In this document: positions 46,836 to 57,528 of the stretch, one piece after another
How the letters are laid out: the number at the start of each line of letters is the position of its first letter
How positions within the stretch are numbered: position 1 is the first letter of the stretch
Assembly: GCA_001800675.1 (NCBI GenBank)
Contig: MGVW01000035.1
Coordinates: forward strand, 6,731 to 70,730
Direction: 5' to 3'
Origin: Euryarchaeota archaeon RBG_13_57_23
Lineage (GTDB): Archaea > Thermoplasmatota > Thermoplasmata > UBA10834
DNA: 64,000 nucleotides
Position numbers and translations under genes: made by a program
Notes under the pieces: model-generated
What the model saw: the letters and a program-made list of their open reading frames with translations, nothing else
Database searches by the model: none
Told to the model about the DNA's origin: nothing

Positions 46836-48446
46836 TTGCACAGCATTCTCATCAAAGGCGGAACGGTCATTGACGGTATCGGGACTCCAGCTGCTCCTTA
46901 TGATCTCGCCATCAACGGGGCCAAAATAGCAGGGTTCTACAAGCACTCCGAGTCAGACGCCTCAATGGTCATCGACGCCAGCGGGATGGTCGTTTGCCCA
47001 GGGTTCATAGACATACACTCCCACTCAGAGATACATCTGTTGAGCAATCCGCTGGCCGAGAGCAAAATCCGGCAGGGAGTCACCACCGAGCTCGTGGGCA
47101 ATTGCGGCACATCTCCAGGACCAGTGACTGGAGCGGCGAGAGAATTGCTCTGGGACTACTCGCATGCGCTGGAAGTCAATCTGGACTGGGCGTCTATGGA
47201 CGAGTACCTTCTGAGGCTCGCCAATGTCAGGCCCTCTGTCAATGTGGCCACCCTCGTAGGCGCTTCGATGCTCCGGGCGAGCGTTCTCGGCAACGAGGAC
47301 CGAGCGCCAACCGGAGACGAGGTGACCAGGATGCAGGAGCTACTCTCCGAGGCGATGCTCCAGGGCGCCTGGGGCCTTTCGTCCGGGTTGATATACGCAC
47401 CTGGATGCTACGCCTCCACGGAAGAGCTGGTCTCTCTTGCTTCCACGGCCGCTTCTTTGGGGGGTATCTATGCGAGCCACATCAGAGGCGAGGGTCGTAC
47501 TTTGGTCAAGGCTGTAGAAGAAGCTATAAGGATTGGCCGGGAAGCGCGTATCAGGGTCGAGATCTCGCACCACAAGGCGTGCGGGAAGTCGATGTGGGGA
47601 ACTGTTTCGAAGACCATCGCGTTGATGGAAGAGGCAAGGAAGTCAGGTGTGGATGTCGCGTTCGATGTCTATCCGTACACTTCTTCCAATACAAGCTTGG
47701 ACACCATCATGCCGACGTGGGCGAGAGAGGGCGGGAAGGAGCGGATCCTCCAACGTCTGAAAGACCCAGCAACTCGCGCGAAGATTGCCAGTCAGGTCGA
47801 GTCCGGAACGGACAACGTCGAGGATGTCGTCAAGGAGACCGGCTGGGAGAACGTTATTCTCGTAGGCTTCATGAAACCGCAGAACAAGCCATTCGAGGGC
47901 AAGTCGGTGCTCGAGATATCCAAGTCACAGAAAAAGCCGCCCGTCGAGGTCGCGCTCGACCTGATAGTTGACGAGGAGCTACAGCTGGGCGCAATCTTCC
48001 ATGAGATGGTTGAAGAAGACGTGATCACGGTCATAAGTCATCCATTGGCTAGCATCGGTTCTGACGGAGAAGCGCAGTCTCCATACGGAATCACCGGCGA
48101 TTCTGCCGTGCACCCTAGATCGTACGGTACCTTTCCGCGCGTGCTCAGGCGCTACGTCTTCGAGAAGCATGCGTTAAGCATCGAGGAAGCCGTCAGGAAG
48201 ATGACCTCGTGGCCTGCGGACAGATTGCGAATCAGAGACCGGGGTGTTCTGGCGAAGGGTATGGCGGCTGACGTCGTGGTCTTCGACCCTGCGACCGTCC
48301 GGGACACTGCAACCTTCGAGAAACCTCACAGCTATCCCACAGGGATCAAGTATGTGATTGTCAACGGGGCGGTCACTGTGTCCAACGGAGAGCACACCAT
48401 GGAGAGAGCTGGCCTGGTCTTGAGACACCCTCCTGGAGTAGCCTAG
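46836..48446 (+). CDS. N-acyl-D-amino acid deacylase (D-aminoacylase)
   Basis: PGFIDIHSH, QGVTTELVGNCG, SHIR, SHHK, DVYPY, GSDG, HPRSYGTFPR. Confidence 0.92.
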   Translation: MHSILIKGGTVIDGIGTPAAPYDLAINGAKIAGFYKHSESDASMVIDASGMVVCPGFIDIHSHSEIHLLSNPLAESKIRQGVTTELVGNCGTSPGPVTGAARELLWDYSHALEVNLDWASMDEYLLRLANVRPSVNVATLVGASMLRASVLGNEDRAPTGDEVTRMQELLSEAMLQGAWGLSSGLIYAPGCYASTEELVSLASTAASLGGIYASHIRGEGRTLVKAVEEAIRIGREARIRVEISHHKACGKSMWGTVSKTIALMEEARKSGVDVAFDVYPYTSSNTSLDTIMPTWAREGGKERILQRLKDPATRAKIASQVESGTDNVEDVVKETGWENVILVGFMKPQNKPFEGKSVLEISKSQKKPPVEVALDLIVDEELQLGAIFHEMVEEDVITVISHPLASIGSDGEAQSPYGITGDSAVHPRSYGTFPRVLRRYVFEKHALSIEEAVRKMTSWPADRLRIRDRGVLAKGMAADVVVFDPATVRDTATFEKPHSYPTGIKYVIVNGAVTVSNGEHTMERAGLVLRHPPGVA

Positions 48447-48448
48447 AT

Positions 48449-49663
48449 TCATACGCCCGGGCCGCAAACATCCAAGGCTACGAGAGAGTAGATCTGCGAG
48501 CACTTGACTAGGTCGTCGACAAGCACGTACTCAACGCGCGCATGCGCGCCTGCTCCACCAGGACCGAAGACGACGGTAGGAGTCTTCGCGAAGTGGGTCA
48601 GTAAGGCTGCGTCTGTCCATCCCCAGAAGCTCGTGATCTTCGCAGGGCACTGCGTTACCGTCCTGACGGATTGTTGGAGCGACTTTACTACCGGATGGCC
48701 CGTGCTGACCACGTTGGGAACGTGGGTCATTGTCATCATGTTGGACGGGTCGCGCTTCAAATCGGCTTTGAATGACGGATCCTCCTTCTTCAGTCTGTCA
48801 AACACGTCGTAGATTTCCGTGAACACCTGTTGGAGCTTCTCCTCAGGGACCCACCGCCTATCGACCTTGATCACACAGTGGTCAGCGACCGAACTTGGCT
48901 GTTGTCCGCCTGTGATGACTCCCATGTTCAGAGTCGGAGGGAGAGTGTACTTGGCTCTCTTGGCCCTGAGCCTGGGCAGGAGGTCCTTCTCCACTTCGTT
49001 AACGAATCTGGCGGCCATCGATATCGCGTTCACACCTTTGTCCGCCTGGCCTCCATGCGCCGACTTGCCGTAGAAGTGAATGTCTAGCCATTCCAATCCC
49101 CTGTGGGAAGGCTGGATTTCCATATCCGTGGGCTCACCTATGATCCCCATGTCGGCCTTCGGCCCGCGCAGCACAAGATCTTCGGTACCCTCGCTCTTCC
49201 GCTCCTCGCCTACCACCGCGGCAAATATCAGGTCACCCTCAAGCTTCAACCTGGCCCTCCTGATGGCAACTAGGGTCATGGCCATCGCGCCGAGTCCCCC
49301 TTTCATGTCCAAGGAACCCCTTCCGTAGAGCCTTCCTTTGATGATTCTAGGAGAGAAGGGATCGATGTCCATTTGGAAGGCTGGGACCGTGTCTGTATGC
49401 CCGCTGAGGAGAAGGCGCTTGCCCGACCCCGAACCCTTGATGGTCGCAATCACGTTTGGCCTGTTCTTCTCGACCATCCTCAGCTTGGAATCGATGCCTT
49501 CGTCTCGGAGGAACTCGTTCAAGAACTCCGCGGCTTCCTTTTCCTGGGTAGGCACTTCGCAGTGGCTCGGTATCTTCACCATATCCTTGACGAGCCTTTC
49601 GACTTCGAGCCGCTTGATATGCTTCTTGACCTTCTCGAAAGGTGCCTTCACTTTAGCCGACAT
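48449..49663 (-). CDS. M20 family deacylase (ArgE/DapE-like)
   Basis: GHTDTV, GRGSLDMKGG, GEE, GEPT, AHARVE. Confidence 0.9.
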   Translation of the reverse strand: MSAKVKAPFEKVKKHIKRLEVERLVKDMVKIPSHCEVPTQEKEAAEFLNEFLRDEGIDSKLRMVEKNRPNVIATIKGSGSGKRLLLSGHTDTVPAFQMDIDPFSPRIIKGRLYGRGSLDMKGGLGAMAMTLVAIRRARLKLEGDLIFAAVVGEERKSEGTEDLVLRGPKADMGIIGEPTDMEIQPSHRGLEWLDIHFYGKSAHGGQADKGVNAISMAARFVNEVEKDLLPRLRAKRAKYTLPPTLNMGVITGGQQPSSVADHCVIKVDRRWVPEEKLQQVFTEIYDVFDRLKKEDPSFKADLKRDPSNMMTMTHVPNVVSTGHPVVKSLQQSVRTVTQCPAKITSFWGWTDAALLTHFAKTPTVVFGPGGAGAHARVEYVLVDDLVKCSQIYSLVALDVCGPGV

Positions 49664-49734
49664 GCTGACCCACAACCTCACCGTTACCTGGCTAATGGGA
49701 TGGGAATGAGCTAAGAAAAAGGTATCTGATTGGT

Positions 49735-50826
49735 TCAGCGGATGAGCCTGCCATGCTCCTTCATGAGCTCGATGGTCCTGTCAATCGGCAGCGCATTTAC
49801 GACGTGCCCGTCCCTGCCCTCCATCGTCTCGGCCTTGAACAGCGAGTTGACTATCGATTCCGTTGTGGAATCTATCGCCGCTCTGAAGAGAGAGTCAATC
49901 TCGCCGTCCCTCAGCAGGTGGTCTACGAGAAGGCCGTTACCTTTGTTTCTGTCGTGCAGGTTCGCCGTCGAGAAGGATATGACGATATCTCCGCTCCCAT
50001 TGTGTGAAGCGGATCCCGTGACGGCGAGGCCCAGGACCGCTCTCCGAGCTATCCTGCCTAGCTGTCTGGCATCAAGAGGCGCATCGGTCCCGACCACCAT
50101 CACGATGGAGCCCTTCTCCGGCCTTTGAACATCCGGAGCGCCAAGGAGGCTGCCGACGGGAACTCCGTCGATCCTCAGCTCCTGCCATTCGCCATGGTTG
50201 CTCATGACGAGAGTCCCGACGGTGTACTTCCCTGCCGGCGTGGTGACAGTCCTCGAGCTGGTGCCTATCCCACCCTTGTAGTCGTATGCGGACATGCCTG
50301 TCCCGCCGCCGACACAGCCCTCTTCGACGTCTGAAGAGGCATTCTCGATGGCCTCGTTCACATGCTCCTCTCGTACATGGAGACCCCGGGAATCATTTAG
50401 CCAGCTGTCGTCGCACTCCGACACTATCGGAATGATCGTGTCATCGGTCACACCGGAGGTCGGGTTCTGCTTCAGCATGTACTTCACGACCGCGGTTGTC
50501 GCAGTGCCCATCGACATTGTGTTCGTTAGCGCTATCGGCGTGTCAATCAATCCGAACTCTCGTATCTGAAGCGCACCACCAAGTCCGCCGCAGCCGTTGT
50601 AGTCGAAGTATGAGGCCTTCACCGGCCGTTCGAACAAATTCCCATCATGTGGCAGGATCGCGGTCACTCCGGTACGCACAGGTCCATTGCCTGGGTCAAG
50701 CCGTCCGCTGCCCTTGATGATGGTGCAGTGACCGACTTTGACTCCTGAGATGTCAGTGATCGAGTTCCTCGGGCCCGTTGGTTGCTCACCAAACCAGATT
50801 CCCGCCTCACGGGCTCTCGATCTCAT
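49735..50826 (-). CDS. DmpA/P1 family (D-/beta-)aminopeptidase
   Basis: NSITD, TGVTAI, ECDD..LND, EEGCVGGGTGM, KGGIGTSSR, G|SIV autocleavage site, SGD. Confidence 0.9.
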   Translation of the reverse strand: MRSRAREAGIWFGEQPTGPRNSITDISGVKVGHCTIIKGSGRLDPGNGPVRTGVTAILPHDGNLFERPVKASYFDYNGCGGLGGALQIREFGLIDTPIALTNTMSMGTATTAVVKYMLKQNPTSGVTDDTIIPIVSECDDSWLNDSRGLHVREEHVNEAIENASSDVEEGCVGGGTGMSAYDYKGGIGTSSRTVTTPAGKYTVGTLVMSNHGEWQELRIDGVPVGSLLGAPDVQRPEKGSIVMVVGTDAPLDARQLGRIARRAVLGLAVTGSASHNGSGDIVISFSTANLHDRNKGNGLLVDHLLRDGEIDSLFRAAIDSTTESIVNSLFKAETMEGRDGHVVNALPIDRTIELMKEHGRLIR

Positions 50827-51932
50827 TGCGCTTTGCCCTCGCCAGTGACCAGCCAGCACGTGACCCAGTGCTCCTGGGAAACGTACATCGGCTCCGGCTC
50901 CTCGACCCTGCACTTGTCCATGGCATACGGGCATCTCGGGTGGAACCTGCATCCCGGCGGGATGTGCGCAGGATCTGGCCGCTCGCCCTTCAGGATGATC
51001 TTTTCGGTCTTCATCCTCGGGTCAGGCTTCGGGACGACCGATATGAGCGCTTTCGTGTACGGGTGTCTCGGACCCTTGATGACCTCTTCCGTCGGGCCCA
51101 GCTCGACTATCTTGCCCAGGTACATGATGCCTATCCTGTCGCTGAAGACATATGCGACGGACAGGTCGTGCGTGATGAACAGGTATGTCAGTCCTCTCTT
51201 CTCCCTGAGGTCTAGCATGAGCTTCAGGATCTCGGACCTGATGGACACATCGAGCATGGACACGGGTTCGTCAGCGACCAGGAACTGCGGCTGCAAAACC
51301 AGTGCGCCCGCAATGCCCACTCTCTGCCTTTGGCCACCGGACACCTCGTGAGGATACCTCCACATGAAGTGCTTGGGAGGCCTCAGGCCTGCATCATCCA
51401 GAGCCTTTTCGACGCGCGTCTCGCGGTCCGCTTCATTCTGACCGAGGTTGTTCACGACCAGAGGCTCAGCGACTATATCGTAGATGGATTGTTTCGGGTT
51501 GAGGGACTCATACGGGTCCTGGAAGATCATCTGCATCTTCTGTCTCAGGAGTTTCATCTTGTCCTTCGGCAGCCTCGTGACTTCGACGCAGCCGCCAGAC
51601 AGGCATTCCTCGGCCTCCTTCTTTGTCATCAACTTCTTGGAGACCGCCTTCTCCATGGCGTCCTTGACCTGCTGTGTCGTGAGGCCCTCGCCACCGTACT
51701 GGACCTTTCCGCCGGTCGGTTCTACGAGCCTCAAGATGGCTTTGCCAGTAGTGGTCTTGCCACAGCCTGACTCGCCCACTAGGCAGAATATCTCTCTCTC
51801 CTTGATGTTGAACGACACTCCGTCAACGGCCTTGACCCATCTCTGCTCCTTGGATGTCAGGCTCTCGACGAATCCACGTCTGACCGGGAACCATACCTGG
51901 AGGTTATCCACATTGATGATTTCCTTGCTCAT
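50823..51932 (-). CDS. Oligopeptide ABC ATPase (OppF/DppF-like)
   Basis: [24 protein letters not shown]-terminal GCRFHPRC. Confidence 0.92.
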   Translation of the reverse strand: MSKEIINVDNLQVWFPVRRGFVESLTSKEQRWVKAVDGVSFNIKEREIFCLVGESGCGKTTTGKAILRLVEPTGGKVQYGGEGLTTQQVKDAMEKAVSKKLMTKKEAEECLSGGCVEVTRLPKDKMKLLRQKMQMIFQDPYESLNPKQSIYDIVAEPLVVNNLGQNEADRETRVEKALDDAGLRPPKHFMWRYPHEVSGGQRQRVGIAGALVLQPQFLVADEPVSMLDVSIRSEILKLMLDLREKRGLTYLFITHDLSVAYVFSDRIGIMYLGKIVELGPTEEVIKGPRHPYTKALISVVPKPDPRMKTEKIILKGERPDPAHIPPGCRFHPRCPYAMDKCRVEEPEPMYVSQEHWVTCWLVTGEGKAQ

Positions 51933-51935
51933 TGC

Positions 51936-52901
51936 TCACACCCCCTTCGGGTTGACGAAATGACATGCAGCGAAGTGGCCTGGCAGAACCTCAATCAGTG
52001 ATGGCTCCTCCTGCTTGCACAGGTCCTGGGCCACGTGGCATCTGTCCGAGAACCTGCATCCTGGCGGAGGCTTGATCAGGTTCGGTGGGTTGCCCGAGAT
52101 TGACGCGGGCATTATCCTCTCCCCCTTGATGTTGGGGAAGGCCGCGATCAGCCCCTTTGTGTAAGGGTGCTGCGGGTTCGAGAAAACCTCGACCGCGGAT
52201 GACCTCTCCACTATCTTGCCGGCGTACATGATGGACAGCAGCTCGCAGGTCTCCGCGAGCACGGATAAGTCGTGAGAGATGATTATCATGGCCAGCTCGA
52301 GCTCCTGCTGAAGGTTCTTCAGCAGGGTCAGTATCTGCGCCTGGATCATGACATCCAGTGCGGTCGTGGGTTCGTCGCAGATGACCAGTTTCGGTCTGCA
52401 TGCGAGTGCCATCGCGATCATGACCCTCTGTCTCATGCCTCCCGAGAACTCGTGCGGATACTCCCTGATCCTGCTCGGGTTGATGCCGACGAGCTCGAAG
52501 AGCTCCTTGACGCGCTTCTCGGCGGTGGCCTCATCGACCTTCTCGTGGAGGAGTATGGGTTCCGTGATCTGGTCTCCGACCCTCTTGACGGGGTTCAGAG
52601 CGTTCATCGCGCCTTGGAATATGATCGAGATGTCTCTCCACCTTATGGCCCTCAGCTTATCGCCGGTGACCTTGGCCATGTCCTGGCCCATGAAGTTGAT
52701 TGAGCCCCCCGCGATGTAACCGTTCGCGGGCAGAAGCTTCATGATTGAAAGCGCGGCGGTGGTCTTTCCGCAACCGGATTCTCCGGCAAGCCCCATCGCC
52801 TGTCCTTTTTCCAGGTTGAAGCTGATCCCGTCGACTGCCTTCAGCGTTCCCTCTTGGGTCTTGAAGTATGTCTTCAAATCACTAACTTCGAGTAAGCTCA
52901 T
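51936..52901 (-). CDS. Oligopeptide ABC ATPase (OppD/DppD-like)
   Basis: [31 protein letters not shown]. Confidence 0.92.
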   Translation of the reverse strand: MSLLEVSDLKTYFKTQEGTLKAVDGISFNLEKGQAMGLAGESGCGKTTAALSIMKLLPANGYIAGGSINFMGQDMAKVTGDKLRAIRWRDISIIFQGAMNALNPVKRVGDQITEPILLHEKVDEATAEKRVKELFELVGINPSRIREYPHEFSGGMRQRVMIAMALACRPKLVICDEPTTALDVMIQAQILTLLKNLQQELELAMIIISHDLSVLAETCELLSIMYAGKIVERSSAVEVFSNPQHPYTKGLIAAFPNIKGERIMPASISGNPPNLIKPPPGCRFSDRCHVAQDLCKQEEPSLIEVLPGHFAACHFVNPKGV

Positions 52902-53070
52902 CCCTTCGTTCCCCCTTAACAATATGAGTTGTCGGTCGCCTCATTCTTTGAAGCTGTTAGGAGATGTAACAATCGTCTTCCCGCAGCTCTCTGGACCTTC
53001 GGTGAACCTGATAATGCTATAAATGCGTTTGGGGGCGACAGCAAACGGCTGTTGCGAGCCCCGGAGGCTG

Positions 53071-53979
53071 TTACTCGCGCAATCTGACCAAATGTTCTGC
53101 GAACTCCTGGGCGATATGTGACTCGGAGAAGATGGATCTGGCCTCCTTCTCGAGGATGCTTGTATCGTCGTACCTGGGGCTGATGTGGACCAAGAAGAGA
53201 ATCCCAACTCCGGCATCCTTGGCCACCTGAGCAGCCTCGGCGGCTGTCGAGTGTCCGAAGTCAGACGCCAGCTTCGAGTGTGACGAGTCGAGCGTGCAGT
53301 CGTGTATCAGGACGTCGGCCCCTTTGGCCATCGCAGTAATCGCTTTGCTCGGTTTCGTGTCTCCGCTGTACACGACCTTTCGTCCGGGTCTAGGAGGGCC
53401 AAGCACCTGGTCAGGGTCGATCTTCCGGCCTCCCAGTGAGACCGTCCTTCCCTCCTGGAGCTTCCTGAACAGCGGCCCTTCCGGGATCCCCAAGCGCGCA
53501 GCCTTCTTCACATCGAACTTCCCCGGCCTTGGATCCTCCTCAAGCGAGAACGCCAACGAAGGAACGCTGTGAGACGCCTGAAGGCTCCTGACCTTGTACC
53601 CGGGGAAGTGCAGGTCCGTCCCGGCCCTGAGGTCTTTGGTCTTGACCTCAAACCCGCACTTGAAGTATCCGAGTTTCAGCATCGAATTCACGTTGGACTT
53701 CGTCTCCCGAGGCCCGAATATGAATAAAGGCTCCTCCCGACCGTTCAGGCTCATACTCTGGATGAGTCCTGGCAGGCCGAGGAAGTGGTCTGCGTGAAGG
53801 TGCGAGATGAATATCTTCGATATCTTCATGAACGAAATCGGGGAGTGCATCAGTTGTCTCTGGGTGCCTTCACCGCAGTCGAACATCAGGACTTCGCCAG
53901 GCATCTGAATCGCAATCGATGTGACGTTCCTGAGCTTGGACGGATAGGTCCCGCCGGTGCCGAGGAACACGAGCTTCAT
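53071..53979 (-). CDS. rnz: Ribonuclease Z
   Basis: FLGTGG, DCGEGTQ, HLHADH, GP-rich exosite, SGDT, HST, HISPRY. Confidence 0.95.
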   Translation of the reverse strand: MKLVFLGTGGTYPSKLRNVTSIAIQMPGEVLMFDCGEGTQRQLMHSPISFMKISKIFISHLHADHFLGLPGLIQSMSLNGREEPLFIFGPRETKSNVNSMLKLGYFKCGFEVKTKDLRAGTDLHFPGYKVRSLQASHSVPSLAFSLEEDPRPGKFDVKKAARLGIPEGPLFRKLQEGRTVSLGGRKIDPDQVLGPPRPGRKVVYSGDTKPSKAITAMAKGADVLIHDCTLDSSHSKLASDFGHSTAAEAAQVAKDAGVGILFLVHISPRYDDTSILEKEARSIFSESHIAQEFAEHLVRLRE

Positions 53980-55103
53980 GTCGTCCCCCTCGAGCGCACT
54001 CTCAGCCGATAAAACTCTCCCGACTGCTTGAGATCATACAGGAATATGAGAAACGCCACGAGCGACATGGCTGTAGCGATCCAGATGGTGCCTTTGAAGC
54101 CGAGTACTGTCGCCGCGATTCCCCCTAAGATGGGGCCTGTGATGCCCGAGATGCTCATGGTCGATGACAGTATCCCGGATACCGTTGCCTTCTCCGCATT
54201 CCTGTCCATCACATACCGGAGGCAGCCCACGTACATGCACGCCCACGCGAACGCCAGTATAACCTGCGATGGGATGATCTGCCAGTAGCTTCCTGCAAGC
54301 GTGAACGTGAAGAACGTGACCGCGGAGCTCCCCAAACCGATCGCCACGAGCAGGGAGGGATCCGGCCTATCGAGGAAGAGCATGAAGAACACCTGGCCGA
54401 AGGCGTTCACAGAGTAGATGATTCCTATCCATATGGGAGGCGCTCCAAGAGCTGCAAGGAACAGGGGGTACGTGACCCAGATCATGTTCGCGCCCGTGTG
54501 CCTGATGAGCATCGCGAGATAGATGGGCGCGTTCTTCTTGATGAGTGCCGCCGGGAAGAAAGGCACGTCTAGCTTGATTTCCTTCCCGAATGGCAGGGTC
54601 AGCGCGATGGCGTAGGACGCGAAGATGACAAATGCACAGAACAAGTACCCTTCCTGGTACAACAGACGATCTCCGAAGACCCCCAATACAAGGTTCCCTA
54701 TCCCCCAGCCAGCCGATCCGAAGGCGCTGAACCTACCAATCTTACCTCTGGCGTCATGGACATACGCCATGAGGGCCGCGGGGAACATGCCCGCGCAGAA
54801 CCCAATCAGCACTCTCACTGCCACGAACAGCTCCAAGCCGCCATATCTCAGTGAGACCGCCTGGAGGACCGTCGCAAGACCTGACAGGAACAGCCCCGTC
54901 AACAGGACGAAGCGCCTGCCATAGACGTCCGAAGCCCGGCCAAAGAGGTAACTGGAGGCGAAGCCCGCAGCGGCGAATCCTCCTGCCACCAGCCCGATCA
55001 GGTCCTTGCTGGCCCCGAACTCGTCCTGTAATATGATTGGCACGAGCACTACCGGGCCGAACAGGCCTACGTTCGAGAGCAGCTGGATTGCCTGGGGCTT
55101 CAT
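53976..55103 (-). CDS. MFS transporter
   Basis: GRASDVYGRR motif A; about 12 TM helices; ATGA overlap with rnz. Confidence 0.85.
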   Translation of the reverse strand: MKPQAIQLLSNVGLFGPVVLVPIILQDEFGASKDLIGLVAGGFAAAGFASSYLFGRASDVYGRRFVLLTGLFLSGLATVLQAVSLRYGGLELFVAVRVLIGFCAGMFPAALMAYVHDARGKIGRFSAFGSAGWGIGNLVLGVFGDRLLYQEGYLFCAFVIFASYAIALTLPFGKEIKLDVPFFPAALIKKNAPIYLAMLIRHTGANMIWVTYPLFLAALGAPPIWIGIIYSVNAFGQVFFMLFLDRPDPSLLVAIGLGSSAVTFFTFTLAGSYWQIIPSQVILAFAWACMYVGCLRYVMDRNAEKATVSGILSSTMSISGITGPILGGIAATVLGFKGTIWIATAMSLVAFLIFLYDLKQSGEFYRLRVRSRGTT

Positions 55104-55165
55104 TGGACGACGAATCTTACTGTGGTATATCCTAGTTTCGGCGGTGGCGGCTCAGGGTGTAGAGC

Positions 55166-55387
55166 TCATGGCAACCAGCCGAGGCGCTCTAGCGTGCGAT
55201 CCTTCTTCGTAGCCTTCTTGAACTCCTTGTAGTGCTCCTTGCACAGGTGCGCGCTCTGTGTCGGGTCTGCGATGCTCAGGCCTGCTTTTTCGACCTTCTT
55301 TCCAGAAATCGATCTCTCCGCATCCTTGGAGCAGCCCTCGACGTCGCACTTGTGAACTTGCTCGACAGCGTGTTTCGGCTCAGGCAT
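55166..55387 (-). CDS. Small putative Zn-binding protein
   Basis: CDVEGC...LCKEH motif; 73 aa. Confidence 0.65.
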   Translation of the reverse strand: MPEPKHAVEQVHKCDVEGCSKDAERSISGKKVEKAGLSIADPTQSAHLCKEHYKEFKKATKKDRTLERLGWLP

Positions 55388-55474
55388 GATATGCGGATTC
55401 CGATGATGGTATTAAAACAGTTCGCACATGGCACACCAAAACCCATAATATCGTGCGAGTAGTTCGCCGATGAC

Positions 55475-56137
55475 ATGCCACTTGTGGCTCCTTCCATCTT
55501 GGCTGCGGATTTCGCGAACCTTGGCGAGGAAGTGCGGAAGGTCTCGGATGCGGGGGCGGACTTCATCCATGTCGATGTCATGGATGGCATCTTCGTCCCC
55601 AACATCACCGTTGGCCCGTCAATGGTGAAGGCGATCAGAGGGTTTTCAAAGCTGCCGTTCATCGTTCATCTGATGATCACTCATCCTGAGAATCATGTGA
55701 AGGCGTTCGCCGAGAGTGGGTCGGACATCATCGAAGTGCACATAGAGGCCGAGCAGGATCTCAGGTCGACCATCAGGTTGATACACGACCTTGGCAAGAA
55801 GGTGGGTCTTGCAGTCAACCCGCCCACGCCCATTGAGAGCGCCTTCCCATATCTGAAAGACATCGACATGCTCCTGGTCATGTCCGTCAACCCGGGTTTT
55901 GGAGGACAGACGTTCATCCCCGGTGTTCTCCCGAAGATCCCTAAGGCAAAGGAGGAGATGCGCAGGCAGGGATATGTGGTCCCGGTGGAGATCGACGGGG
56001 GGATAACCCCTGAGACAGGCGAGCCTTCTGCCAGAGCCGGTGCCGATATCCTCGCAGCTGGGACTTCAGTGTTCAAGGCCCCAGACGTCCGCGAGGCCAT
56101 CAGAAGGCTGAGAGAGTGCGGCGCTTCGAAGCTTTAA
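55475..56137 (+). CDS. rpe: Ribulose-phosphate 3-epimerase
   Basis: APSILAADF, HVDVMDG, HLM, MSVNPGFGGQ, IDGG. Confidence 0.95.
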   Translation: MPLVAPSILAADFANLGEEVRKVSDAGADFIHVDVMDGIFVPNITVGPSMVKAIRGFSKLPFIVHLMITHPENHVKAFAESGSDIIEVHIEAEQDLRSTIRLIHDLGKKVGLAVNPPTPIESAFPYLKDIDMLLVMSVNPGFGGQTFIPGVLPKIPKAKEEMRRQGYVVPVEIDGGITPETGEPSARAGADILAAGTSVFKAPDVREAIRRLRECGASKL

Positions 56138-56170
56138 TAAGACCGAGCACTCTCAGGGGGACTGGTTGCG

Positions 56171-56359
56171 ATGGCAGATAAGATATCCGAGCATCCCATG
56201 CTTGCATACCTGGTATTCGTTGTGCCCATGGCCCTACTTGCCATAGCGATGCTCTTCAAGGCCAACGTCCTGGTGCTGATTGCCATCACCGCTTGGCTGG
56301 GAGTGGCTTTCGTCATCCTCTTCCTGCCGGTCGCTTCGGATAACGGCTCATCCCAGTAG
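56171..56359 (+). CDS. Small two-TM membrane protein
   Basis: 62 aa, two hydrophobic helices, co-oriented between rpe and fen. Confidence 0.6.
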   Translation: MADKISEHPMLAYLVFVVPMALLAIAMLFKANVLVLIAITAWLGVAFVILFLPVASDNGSSQ

Positions 56360-56394
56360 CAAGATTGGTCCCTGAGAACGGGGGTCTGGGGAAA

Positions 56395-57414
56395 ATGGGG
56401 GTAGACATCTCCGATCTTGTGGAGGGCAAGAAGATCGCCCTCGAGGACCTGTCCGGCAGGTCCATCGCGATAGATGCGTTCAACACGTTGTATCAGTTTC
56501 TTTCTATGATACGTCAGCCAGATGGCACTCCTCTGATGGATCGGGACGGACGCGTGACCTCTCACCTGTCCGGACTGTTCTACAGGAGCGCTGCACTCCT
56601 GGAACTCGGCATCAGGCCAGCATTCGTGTTTGACGGCAAGCCCCCAGAGCTCAAGAAGAAGACGCTGGAGGAACGAAGGGCCGTCAAGGAAACCGCGGAG
56701 CGGGAGTGGAAGAAGGCAATCGAAGAGGGTGACCTCAAGAAAGCGCTATCAAAGGCCAGCAGGACCTCGAGACTGGACTCAGCTATGATCGAGGAATCCC
56801 TGTCTCTCTTGGATGCGCTTGGAATCCCCTGGATCAGGGCTCCGAGCGAGGGAGAGGCTCAGATGGCGCACATGGTCAGGAAGGGGGATGTGTGGGCAGG
56901 TGCCTCGCAGGATTTCGACGCCATCCTCTTCGGCACGCCGAACCTGGTCAGAAACCTGACGTTGTCGGGCAAGCGGAGGCTGCCTTCCGGCAAGACAGTT
57001 GAAGTCAATCCCGTGATGGTGACCCTTGCCGAGGTGCTCTCGGCCCTCGGAGTCTCCAGAGAGCAACTGGTCGACATGGCGGTCCTGATGGGGACGGACT
57101 TTAACGAAGGGATCAAAGGGATCGGGCCGAAGAAGGCGCTGGCCATCATCAAGAAGGCAGGAAACCTGGAGCGTGTGGTGTCGGAGGGCAAGTTCAGTGT
57201 GCCCAAGGAGTACGGCGACATCAGGAGGCTCTTCCTGGAACCCGAAGTGACCGACGACTACCGGCTCCTGTGGGGAATCGTAGACGACGAGGGGGTCCGC
57301 AAGATCATGTGCGACAAGCACGGATTCTCCGTCGATCGCATCGATTCCATCCTCGCAAAGATATCGGTCACGGGAAGCGCGAAGTCCCAGAAAAGCCTCG
57401 ATTCTTGGTCGTGA
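56395..57414 (+). CDS. fen: Flap endonuclease 1
   Basis: MGVD, YQFLS.IRQPDG, VFDG, EGEAQ, SQDFD, GTDFN, C-terminal PIP box QKSLDSW. Confidence 0.96.
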   Translation: MGVDISDLVEGKKIALEDLSGRSIAIDAFNTLYQFLSMIRQPDGTPLMDRDGRVTSHLSGLFYRSAALLELGIRPAFVFDGKPPELKKKTLEERRAVKETAEREWKKAIEEGDLKKALSKASRTSRLDSAMIEESLSLLDALGIPWIRAPSEGEAQMAHMVRKGDVWAGASQDFDAILFGTPNLVRNLTLSGKRRLPSGKTVEVNPVMVTLAEVLSALGVSREQLVDMAVLMGTDFNEGIKGIGPKKALAIIKKAGNLERVVSEGKFSVPKEYGDIRRLFLEPEVTDDYRLLWGIVDDEGVRKIMCDKHGFSVDRIDSILAKISVTGSAKSQKSLDSWS

Positions 57415-57528
57415 GCCAGACCCGCTAGGAAGGCCTGGCCAGATATTTCCCAGCAGGACTGAGTTTGATTCCGAGCACAATATATTTAAAATACTCGCCA
57501 TCAATATGGCCTGTGCGAAGGATTGGTC

